From Phoronis australis (lineage: Eukaryota; Animalia; Phoronida): a stretch of 64,000 nt of DNA. A model generated the notes under the pieces. It was given only the letters and a program-made list of their open reading frames with translations, ran no database searches and was not told the origin of the DNA. Positions 52,945-64,000 of this stretch are shown here, piece by piece (position 1 is the first letter of the stretch; each line of letters opens with the position of its first letter). The DNA lies in assembly GCA_002633005.1 (NCBI GenBank), contig NMRA01000355.1, forward strand, positions 73,390 through 137,389, in the 5' to 3' direction. Made by a program: the position numbers and the translations under genes.

Positions 52945-54167
52945 CGACGTGTATGAGCATGAAGCTTCGCAGAAAGATCACTGGAATGTGTGGCGTATTC
53001 CTTTAGAGTCGATATCGGTAAAAAACAGACCTCTGTGTTATTATCTAGTTTGTCTTATAGGTATGATTTGAGATTAATTTTACAATCGTAATCTGTTTGC
53101 ATCGGCAATTCACACTTTGGTGTTGCACAATGACGGATTAGGTCAATTTGGAGTCAAAGTCTCGCAGAACCAGTGATTTTAGTAAAATACCTGATTTAGT
53201 CCACTCACCGTTATGAAATTGGTGTCAAGTTTGTACTTTATTCTAAACCCAAGAACATGCTGTTTATAAAATGCGAAAGTCTGACAGTTTGACAAGTTGA
53301 TAAAGGTCACGGGTCACAGGTCAGGTCAGGGGTCACAGGGACCCCCATGGACATGAAAAAATATTCCCTATTTCTAGGTAGCAAGTCCAGGGCAGCTGAC
53401 CGCAAAACTGCATGAAACTAGATCGCTATCTAGATTAGATGATGCCTAACAGTAAAGGTACACAAGAACAAGACATGTCCATGACGTGCTGCATACTTAA
53501 GACGTCTTGCTCAGAAATGACTTGCTTCATAATTCAGAATAATCAATAATGATTTAATTACCTTTCTTTATGGAATCTACAAGTCAAGAGCATTAGCACT
53601 GACAAATTAGCAGAATTTGGGTCATTTTGGCATCTAATCTTTTTGGCGGGCACAGAAAGACAAAATACATGGCTTGTTGAATACAACCTCCATCATTGAA
53701 AAACATACATCGTGTTTGCTATCTTCACTGCAGGTTAGGGTTTGGAAAGGGTGTGTAGTGTAAACATTAAATGTGTGAGGAGCCGAGCTTCAACAACATT
53801 TTTACGATGCATAAAGTTGTGCCATTGTCTTACCTCTTGAACCAGGGGCTAAGAACATTCTTACATGTAATATTAACAATGAGTTCTGAGGCTCACCGGC
53901 ATGTCAATCGCGATACTGTTCAAGGAATAATGAACTCAAAGAATTTTCTGGAAACCTCACCACAACTTGCTGCATGCAAAATCTATCAGATCTTCATTAC
54001 AGAAAATCACATCCGTCACCACACAGATCACTTGAGCCATCGATTAGTAGAACAGAGTGTAAGACAAAAACCAAATTTGTCAGGATTGGCAGAGCCTAGT
54101 GTACGATTTTCTTCCTCGGACTGTTTGTAAAAGGGTAAATGCTTCTACAGTTGTCGGCGTCCTGTCA

Positions 54168-56380
54168 TTTTTTTTTTATTTTCATTTTTGCAGAAAAAAC
54201 ATATTTACAAAACATATATACATAGCAGCTGTGCACACTGAGTCACAAATAACAGCACTAAATACCAAAAATGATAGGTACAACAGAGAATCTAAATAAC
54301 ATATGCAAGATCTTTCCACTTAGTTATGTATCGCTCCAACTCAAAATTTTGTTTACAACTCAAGTAATCCGAAGTCAACTTTACAATTGTAATCGATGAT
54401 ATAAACCCATAAATTATCAAAAATAGGTATAGCTTCTTTAAATTTCTCCTTATATATAAACATTTTCGCTAAGCAAAATATGACATCATATACAAACAAA
54501 CTTGTACTGCAAAAACCTAACAAAGCCTCTTTTATGGAAATATTATTATTGTTGTAAAAACTCTGCTTAATGAGCCAAAATTGTAATTTGTTCCACAAAA
54601 TTTTAACACATCTACACTCCCAGAACAAATGTACAATTGATTCGGGGACTTCGCTGCCAAAAGAACATAGATATGAGTTTACAATACCAATGTTTTGAGA
54701 AAACATTTTGTTTGAAGAATGGCATGTACTATTCTATAATTAAACAACCACATTTTCTATCAGTATACCTGTCAGTAGCACTAGTTATGGAATCCCAGTA
54801 AGTACATGTAATTTCATTGGTCATGCTTAAGCTTAACTTCCATTTTACTTCTGAAGAAGGTTTACAGTACTGATTTTTAACAAATAAATCATAAAAGTCA
54901 TTAACGCTTTTTGGTGATCTATTTACAACTTCGTACACTTTGGACCCTAATGGTAACAACATAACAGTTTATTTGTAATCAAAACTGTGTTCTATCTTTT
55001 GAATGACTTGGTGAATGCCGAAAAATTCGGTCAAAGGGGGACAAAATCCAGCCTTTTTAAATAATTCATTATAATTGATTAGTCGCCATGAGGGATGAAT
55101 CAAGTCAGCCACATCATGAAAACCTTTCTCTAAAACCGCCTATTACAGAATACCGCTTTGCCACCAATCATTATATTATTGTGATACCACAATGGCTGGA
55201 AAGATAAGTGTTTACCATTATTTATTATTAGCTGTAAATCATAGAACGATTGAAGAACCTCTTTCCAAAATGGGTTTTTAATTTTCAACAAAAGCCATTT
55301 AAAGTAGTAAGCACCAAATTTTAAGAATTCTAAAAATTATCTGGCAAATAATCCAACAAGAACCGGATCCACGCATCAAAGTTATCCCTATTTTCCAAAA
55401 TTTTTCTTATCCTGGTACATAATAAACCTTAAGTAAATGATGTGATGTGAGGCGTTTTAAGCACGCCATTTTCATAATTTTGTATAGTAACTTTTCTAGC
55501 GACCCTAACAATCTTAACAATCCAAATGTAGCCAAACATGAGTTTTTCCAATCATCGCAGCGTAACTTTATCAGGTGAAAGGATACCCGCGAAAATGTGG
55601 ATTATCTTGGGAATCACTAATGTTTTGATAACACTAATACGCCCGACAGTACTTACAATTCTTCCTGACCAGCATGACGTGCTTTCCATATCTAGATTTT
55701 TATTATTGTAATTCAATTCCACAATATATTTTAACCCCGGGTCGAATGTAATTCCAAACAATGTAAATTGTTTCCTGTCCCAGTGTAAAGTTATGTGGGT
55801 TCATAATCTTCGTACAGGATTCCTCAGAGACACTAGCTAAACACAAACAGTTTTTCCAAATTATGTTTAAGCCCTGAAAATATGGCAAACTGTTCTCCAA
55901 GAGAAAGAGAAAAACTCAAGAAAAGTTCCGACACCTCTAATAGAATGGCAGTGTCGTCTGCATGCTGCATTAATTTATATTCTTCTTTATTCCGCTACAT
56001 GCGGTATTGTTTCTAAACAGTATACTTAAAATTTCCGCCTTGTCTGCAACCACGCCTGATAGCAAAAAAGTCTGAAAAAAGCCGTATTGCATAACACATA
56101 CAAGTTGCTTGGAATATTTAAGCAAAATATTAACCCAATCTCTGAGCTTTTCGCCAAAACTAAATAAAATCAGCGTTGTTTTTTTATTAAGACGCAAGGA
56201 TATCGAATCAAACGCTTCTCAAAGTGTAGTAGTAGCAATGGACCAGGTAGGTTTCCTCGAATGTATAATGCATTATATCATACAGTAAACGCGTATTTTC
56301 ACCGAAGAATATGCCAGCCATGACGCCCTTATAGTTGCCACTTATTAATTTGTTCAACACCATCTTTATACGTTAGGCTA
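54168..56380 (-). mobile_element. Degenerate L1/Tx1-clade LINE ORF2 3' half with poly(A) end
   Basis: Minus-strand peptides GENTRLLYDIM, AFDSI, QHADDTAIL, GRISVIKTLVIPKIIH, and zf-RVT-like CSFGSEVPESIVHLFWEC; AATAAA plus poly(A) at 54168-54180. Confidence 0.88.
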
Positions 56381-56699
56381 TAGCACTTGAAAAAGTCTAT
56401 AGCATGTATTCAAAGGGATATTGGAGACCAGACATTTTGCCGACTCCGCCAAGGCAAGCAACGGTCTGCTAAGGGAGGCAAATGCACTGGTTTCTAGAAA
56501 TAAACGGAACAATTGTGAAACCAAAGTTTTGGAGTTGAGAAAAAATGTCATTACCTTAAAAGTTGAGAAGTCACCAACACTGCGAGTTAAAAATAGTCTG
56601 TATTTTATACTCGCTGTGGCGACTTGGAATTTTTCCCAAGTCGTCAAGCACAATGTGAAGTCTCACTGAAGAGCTGCAGGTCCCCAAATCGAACACTGG

Positions 56700-57300
56700 G
56701 CTGCAATCTGATCAACACTTAAGATACATGGGCTTTGTGGCCGAACGAATCTTTATAACGGACGAAGAGACACACCGATCTTGTTTTTCACCCACCAACA
56801 CAGTCACATTTTTTCTAATGTCGGTTAATTAATGGAGTCAATTTACATTACCTGCAGTGGACAACTAAAGATCCCGATCGTGATCTCCACCCTGCACCGA
56901 TTTTGTGGTAGACCCGACCAGTTCCAGGCTGCGTTTGTGTACGCACTTTTTAATCTCCTTCACAAACGATTTCTTGCAACCGCTTTGTCGTCAGGAGAAA
57001 TTGCAGTCGTGCTATTCTCATTTCCTCGTGTTTCTCACTTCTTGCTGAAATTGTCTTCTCAGTATTTCCGTGCCTCGAAATACGAGGCCACCAATAAACA
57101 TGTGTTCCTTTATTCTAACACCCTGTGTAGACACTCGGAGAGACCTTTAATTTTTGGGAGCGCCACCGTGGGAGAAATATTCTTTATGATAATCGTGAGG
57201 ACATGCCGAGGCTGTCAGTGTGGAGAGAGAACATTTAATGGGTTTCTGGCAAACTGTGGTAGCCCGGGTAGGGCTATTTCAGTACAGAGCGTCACACCCT
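56700..57300 (-). mobile_element. Possible third, highly decayed Penelope-like remnant
   Basis: Minus-strand peptides TVALPKIKGLSECLHRVLE*RN (cf. PYIKGLSE..RR linker) and NVTVLVGE..IKIRSATKP. Confidence 0.4.
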
Positions 57301-58114
57301 CGGCCTCGTGAAACTTATTTTATTGTAGTAAGCTTCAGTAGACACGATTTATAAGCTTTCTCATCTAATTATTCACGTGTATGAATAACAATGCCCATCG
57401 TCTAACCGTACTGTCTTCGTCTTTGAAAGCACTTTCACTAACCGTCATTTGCTGTCATGAACATATGCATTCCAACTTGAAAAATAAAATCTGATCGTTT
57501 ATATTGGAAGAATAGGGTGAGTTTGTACATGCTTCTTGAGATTTCCAGATCAAGATCCTCTTGTGCGCTTTCTGCACGCGAGTGACCGTAGCCTTACTCA
57601 AAATAGTCACGGTACGTAGTCAACTGCTTGTTTAAGTCATACACACCTTGCAGTGTTAAAACTATCAGTGTAGTGTTGATGAGATATCTACAGGAAATGG
57701 TTTGTGATCATTGATCTAGACCTCTAGGCACGGACTAATACATGTTCAAAAGGAAGCTGTGTTCACTGACCGTTAGTCCGTGTTCTTGAACTGTTGTTAT
57801 TCTCGCCAGTTCAAGTGGTGTCACGTTTTACTTTCACGCAACCAGAAAAACAACACGTCGGTAAATCAAATTTCACGAGTCAGTCATTCCATGTAATTAC
57901 AATTGTTTATTTTGACCTTCTTTACAAACGCAGTTTTAGTTTCTCTTTCACTTAAAAGATGAAAAATTCGTGACAAAATGGTCGGAATTAAATGCATGAA
58001 AACGTCAGTGCCGGTACAAAAATTGATGACATCAAATACCGATGTATTATGTTCTTCCTGTGCGTAAAGTTTTTAAACGTACGTACATGTAGTAATAGGT
58101 GCGTTTAAACAAGG

Positions 58115-58410
58115 TGTTGAGGTCAATGTTTACAAAGCTTTTGACTCTTTAAAGCAAACAGTTTTATTCGTCAAACTTCGATATTATGGTTGCAAACCTT
58201 TGTGGTTAAGTTGTTTTGCGATGTTTTCTCTCTAATAGCGCTCAGTATCTGCAATAACAAAAAAGTAACACAGTTCCAATTTTTCGGGGTGTCCCACAAG
58301 CATCTATACTGAGTCCGCTATTATTCGTCATTGATATGAATGATTTTTGTAAAATGCACTAGTTTCTTTGAATGCATACTACTTTATTCTGATGATTCTA
58401 CTATCATTAG
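58115..58410 (+). mobile_element. CR1/L2-group reverse-transcriptase core remnant
   Basis: Peptides VYKAFDSLKQTVLFVKLRYYG, GVPQASILSPLLFVIDMNDF, ILLYSDDST in the correct order. Confidence 0.85.
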
Positions 58411-58911
58411 TGGTATTCATAGCAAATTGCCCGTTGATGAGTCACACGTTTTTGTGGCGAGTTGAAGAAAATTCAACCTTAGTTAGACTATACGGTTCTG
58501 TCATGTTCCTGAAATGACGAATGAATAATTCTACAGTGCACAGCTGGAACGAGTCACGTTAAATTACTAACAAGCGCCCGATCCAAAAAAACGCCCGGCT
58601 TGAGAACGTTCCATTGAAAATCCACAGCACATGCAGCGCTGTTACGATCGTGACATTTTAGCTTTTCGGTATGTAAACAAAAGTGTGGTAACTGGGCGTG
58701 CATAAGTTGTATTTTTGCATTCGGGCACAAAAACGTTGAATACGGCGTTTCAAAAAATCCACTCTTGGGGACACTTAAAATTTAACGAGTTTGGTTGATG
58801 CATTCAATGCCTACAATGTACATGAACGTGTGGCAGAGTGCGGAACTGCGTAAAGAATTTAAGTGTGCGTTTTCAAAAGTCTGCAGTCATGTGGCAGGGC
58901 CCTACATAATT

Positions 58912-61470
58912 CATACTGATTTCTGACATCTTCACTAGTCACATGAATGTTATCGTGTTGTTCATAATCCCCATTATCATCGTCACAATTATCGTCGTCG
59001 TCGTCATCTCCATCGCCGTTATCATCTCCATCGTAGTCTTTTCAATTAATTTCGCCAAGTGTCGCTCAAGACTGTAGCCTATTTTTACTGATTTCTTACA
59101 TGTACAACTTTGCTAGTCATATGAATGTTAGCGCGTTGTTCATAATCCCTACTATCATCGTCATAATTATCGTCGTCGTCATCTCCATCGTCGTCGTCAT
59201 CTCCATCGTCGTATTTTCGGTTAATTTCTCCAAGTGTCGCTCCTCCGAGCGCTCTCGATTTTTCGTTCTTTCGCACTCTGCAGGTCTTATTTTTCGGCCG
59301 ATTTTCACGAAACTTACACACAACCTCTAGTTCCGGAAGTCCTTGAAGTTTATTGTTTTTCGTCAGGATGGCGGACTTGGCGGCCATTTTGATTCAAATG
59401 CTCATAGAGTCCGTACTTTTGTATGTACACGACTAAAAAGCGGCACGTTTATTGTACTACACCAGGGCTACAAGTGTGTTGAAATGTTTTCACTTACGGC
59501 TAAAGATGGCGGAAATATCTGCAATTGCGCATGCGCACCTCGATTTCGTGCTAAAAACGTTTCCTCTTGTAGAGGGGCGAATCATAACACCAATGGCTTC
59601 GAAATTTTCCAGGTATCAGTTTTCTATAACAGGCTACTATTCAGTGCTAAAGAATCGGAAGTTACTTTCAAGATGGCGGATCTGGCGCATGTTGACCTAA
59701 TTTCAGTCGTGGTGGAGTGCCATTTTGAACGGAAAGGGAAACTAACGTGAACTTTTGTATGTGGATTGTCTGAGGCATAGTCTTCCAAATGTTTGATAAC
59801 ATTTTTCTCAGACTTAACGTTTCCGAGTTATTGTACTTTGAATTTCAAAAAAAACAAAATTTTAATTTTTCGAAAATACCTGTTCCTTTGTTTACCATTC
59901 TTGTTGCACTGATGTTGGTTTAGCTCCGTTATATTGAACAAAACAGTAGCCGATTGTTTACTGATTTCTGACATCTTCGCTAATCAAATTAATGTTATCG
60001 TGTTGTTCATAATCGCCACTATCATCATCGTACTCATCATCGTTGTAGTCATCTCCATCGTCGTCGTCATCTCCATCGTCGTCGTCATCTCCATCGTCGT
60101 CTTTTCAGTTAATTTCGCCAAGTGTCGCTGAAGACTGTTGCCTATTTCTTACTTTTTTACATCTTCGCTAGTCTTATGAATGTCATCGTGTTGTTCATAC
60201 TCACCACCTTCATCATCATAACCATCATCGTCATCATCATCTCCATCGTCGTCTTTTCGGTTAATTTCGCTAAGTGTCACTCCTTCGAGGGCTCTCGATT
60301 TCTTTGTTCGCACTCTACAGGTCGCAATTTTCGGCCTATCCACACGAAACTTACACACAGCTTGTATCTCCGGAATTGCTGGAACCCTATTGATTTTGGT
60401 CATTATTTGGTCCAAGATGGCGGACATGGCAGCCATTTTGTTTCCTTTTTCATGTGCAGACACTCATAGAGGCCGCATTTTTAAGTACACAGCTGAAAAT
60501 CTATAAAAATTGTACTATATGTTTGGTACAGATGTGCGGAAAATTGTTTACTTCCGGTCAAAGATTGTGGAAATATTAGCAATTGCGCATGTGCAACTCG
60601 ATTTCTACCAGAAAACGTTTTCTCTTGTAGAGGACGCATTGTTGAACCAATCACTTTCAAATTTGTCTCGTATTAGTTTATTCTAATTGGCAATTACTAA
60701 ATGCCGTTTAAGCGGAAGTCGCCTTCAAGGTGGCGGATCTGGTCTATTTGCAGTTATTTTCAAAGGTTCTGCGGGGAAATCGCAAATGATGTGAATTTTT
60801 GCATGTAGATTCTTTGAAGTATATTCTTTTAAATGTTCTGCGACAACATTTTTCTCAGACTTGCCGTTTTCGAGTTCAATTTCAAAAAACCCAAGATTTC
60901 AAATATTTCGAAAAATTTACGGAATTTTGCAAAAGTATCAATTTTGATAGAGCTTTAAACGGGCTTTCAGAAGATATTTTCCATTTTTCGATACAACGTT
61001 TACTTTCTTAATGATTCGAGATTTTGTGCTACGGCTGCTCCTTTGCTGGGCGCACTTACTACACTGACGTTGCTTTAACTTCTATTGAACAAGACTGTAG
61101 CTTATTTCTTACTGATTTATGACATGTAAGTTCGTCATATGAATAGTATGATGTAGTTCATCATCGCCACCATCATCATCATCATATTTGTCATCTTTGT
61201 CATCATCTTCGTCGTCGTCTTTTCAGTTGATTTCGCCAAGTGTCGCTCAAGACTGTTGCCTAGTTCTTACTGATTTCTGACCTCTACGTTCGTCATATGA
61301 ATGTTATCATTTCCTATATTGTTCATCATCGCCACCATCATCGTCACATTCGCCATCTTTATCATCATCTCTATGGTAGTCTTTTCTGTTAATTTCGCCA
61401 CGTGTCGCTTCTCGGGGCGTTTTCATTTGTTTCTGTTCAGTTCGGGTAACGGCAATTCCAAACTAATAAC
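58912..61470 (+). repeat. Higher-order tandem array: six ~160-190-bp (ATC/GTC)n-containing units with two longer spacers (aaB-aaB'-aa)
   Basis: Units (ACTGATTTCTGACATC...ATCTCCATCGTCGTC...TTAATTTCGCCAAGTGTCGC) at ~58915, 59087, 59960, 60150, 61110, 61268; spacers ~59240-59900 and ~60280-60920 are homologous. Confidence 0.88.
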
Positions 61471-61989
61471 TTGTATAGCCTTGAAATAAGGCACGACTCT
61501 AACGAACCAAATATTAAAAGAAATGTAGCGGTAATTATCTCCCGTGCATGCTATAACTTAGTCATCTCATAAACAGTTAACTAAGTTTTCTCTTGATTGC
61601 CTAACAAAAAGTAACGTAAACTGTCAAATATTTAACAAATAAGAACTTTTGTGAAACCTCATCATACTGACGGGATGTTGTTGATGAGAAAATTAATTTA
61701 GCAGATGTTAGCAGTAGCGCGTAATAAAAATCACTAGTTTTGTAATATCAGGTGAACGCCATACCATTGAGCCAAATCCCACCCATTGAATAGTAGGGTA
61801 AGTGCACATGCGCGGCGTCGAGAGAGGGAAATTTAAAAGCTCTGGCAAATTAAGTATAAAACTGTTTTAAAAATCTTTAAGAGAAGTCACAAACTGAAGT
61901 GACATCTTTGGGGGAGACTACCAAGTACATTATGAACAGCCAGGTGTGAAGGAATTTGCGAAGTAGTGCACAAATTCGGTGAGCTCATG

Positions 61990-62262
61990 TCCTCGACAAT
62001 CAAGCCACTCCCGTGACGCGGTGCGCAGTACCAGGCCAGTCAGGATATAGTTTTGCAGCTACTGGACGCTATAACTACTCAATTGCAAAAGTTAAACAAA
62101 CTTGACGAGCTGATGAGCTGGAAGTGAAAGCAATGAATGTTACAGTGAACGATCTTAATTCTACAATGACATGAGCTGGAAAATGAAAACACTACGCTCA
62201 AGCATCAAATTCAAATCTAGAAGAAAAAAAGACTAATTAGAGTGCCAATCTCGCCGTAATTA
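61990..62262 (+). mobile_element. LINE ORF1-like coiled-coil remnant
   Basis: Peptides LLDAITTQLQKLNKLDEL, HELENENTTLKHQI and LECQSRRN (cf. the LExxSRRNN ORF1 motif). Confidence 0.45.
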
Positions 62263-62469
62263 GTTCCCACGTCTATTTCTTCAGCCCGGACCACGCCACC
62301 GTATTCTCACTGTTTGTGACAGTGAATCGCCCGGAATTCCTGTGACGGCCTTATACTGCCTTGGCAACTATATACATGTATAACTCGCCGTGACAAGCAA
62401 ACTTGACCAAAGCAATGATGGTCATTTATTTCTTCCCAAGTAATCTCAGTTAGAAACAACATGAGGCCG

Positions 62470-63050
62470 CTCGCTGGTTCCCTACGTGCCTAGCCAGCAC
62501 GCAGATCACGCAGTGGCACGCGCTTTAGCATTGGTTGATGTAACCTCAGCAGTCATTGGTTAGCTTTACAACACAGTGAAAAAATGGCGGATTATGAACA
62601 ATTTTAGCCTTGTCATTCAACAGGCGTCGCAGCAACTATGATGTTTAATAGCCGCGTGCTTGAAGCACATACACTGTACATGTACAATAAACACATACCT
62701 GGCCGATTTAACGGTGTGTTAGGCCCATTCATGCTGTATGAATACAGTATCGTAAACAAAAGTCATTGACAGTAGAAAGATGCGCTCCGGAAAGGCGCAA
62801 CCACAATTTCCAGGATTCACACGTTCCTGAACATAAATTTTAAGCACCGATTTGTCTAGTGCCCAACAGACCACATCTATACTTCAGTCCGTCAGTTATG
62901 CCAGTTTGTTTGAGTAAAGGGCTGCCAGTTGAGAATTCGACTAGCCAATCACAAACGCCGGAGTAAAACAATTCCCCGAGGAAAATTAAGTAAATTCCTG
63001 TGTGCTGCCTACCGATCACCTACAGTAGCGGCACGCAGGGAACCAGCGAG
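62470..63050. mobile_element. MITE family B, intact TIRs with target-site duplication
   Basis: 21-bp TIR CTCGCTGGTTCCCTACGTGCC / GGCACGCAGGGAACCAGCGAG (1 mismatch); CATGAGGCCG at both 62460-62469 and 63051-63060. Confidence 0.9.
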
Positions 63051-64000
63051 CATGAGGCCGCTGTAAGAAGCTTAAAGAAAATTGGGTTCTCACGGTAGTC
63101 GGCGAGGGCGTGTTCCTTCTTTAGTTGAGAATAGCGGTGTAGCCGAATTTGTGAGTACACGTATTATAATTTACACTCACAAAATCCGATGGCTGAGCTC
63201 GTGTCATTTGCGTCTTACTACGCGGTAATAGCATCAACTATGTTATTGGTAGACTGGATAACAGTAGCTATAATAGCCAAAGTCAAAGTGGCACAAACCT
63301 GTGAAGTGGGAATTGCAGTTTAGCGAATAGAAGGTCAATAAAAAACACACGTGGATTGTAGTGATTGGAGCCTGTTACGAGTATTGCGGCCTGAATGAAG
63401 GGCGCGAGTTGTAGAGTAAACGAGACAAACGGTCTGAGTGGCAAGCACAAGAGGTTTAACAAGGTGGATTAATTAAAATTTTTAAAACAACCCAGCACTT
63501 GAACCGCTCTGATCCAGTGAACTTCGTGCACTGAGTGTGTGTTTATATGAGACGTGTCACTTATCCATCGCAAATTCCTCACGACAAAGTAAAGCATCAG
63601 TTTCCAATAAAAATCCCCAAAAATGTTCAGAGCAATGGTAAATTGCAATGTTAATTGAAATAACCCCAGCCCTACCAAAGGAGTTAGATCACAGGAGAAA
63701 CCCTGGATTAGGGTTTTTCAATGACGCGAAGTCTAAATAGAACCTTTTCATTGTATTCGTTCTCTAAAAGGATTGACATTTTACTTTGAATTCTCAGCTG
63801 CACAGCCTCCTCGAAAACAGTGACATATACATTGTAACCGACACCGGATTAAACAGCAACTAATATTTTTGATCTAAGTAACGTTGTATCATAGTTCCTT
63901 TCCATTTTAAAGCCTCTTGGACTCTAAAAGTTTTATAATTCTGCAATTTCCTTTCAAACAATGACCAGTGTAATTTTTCCATCTCAAAGGGATTCGATTA

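Noticed and set aside
59085-60469. Asp-rich and Ile/Val-rich ORFs suggesting acidic or membrane proteins
   Set aside because: They are translations of (ATC/GTC)n tracts in the tandem array, with no splice or homology support.

Overview
Eukaryotic, AT-rich, intron-rich genomic DNA, most likely from an invertebrate animal (inferred). It is a draft assembly with a 532-nt N gap and three single-N joins. The only host genes I can support are two paralogous ammonium transporter (Amt/Mep/Rh family, Amt type) genes arranged tail to tail. Gene A (+, 13226-25632) has 7 coding exons and encodes 555 aa. Gene B (-, 46745-33652) shows exons 2-7, with exons 2-6 the same lengths and phases as gene A; I could not find its exon 1. 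The rest is repeat debris: CR1/L2 and L1/Tx1 LINE remnants, Penelope-like GIY-YIG remnants (one with two hammerhead-ribozyme-like cores), MITEs, a tRNA-derived SINE head and tandem arrays. Most notable signals: (1) about 40 copies of the palindrome TACATGTA, several of them apparent +6-nt insertions at a TA (Tc1/mariner-type excision scars); (2) a probable gene-conversion tract between the inverted Amt paralogs; (3) hammerhead-like motifs in sense orientation inside an Amt intron; (4) a truncated C-tail in gene A whose lost part persists in the 3'UTR; (5) an inverted segment of 1.2-1.5 kb shared by different introns of the two paralogs. I found no evidence for a wholly new multi-gene system. 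All alignments were done by eye.
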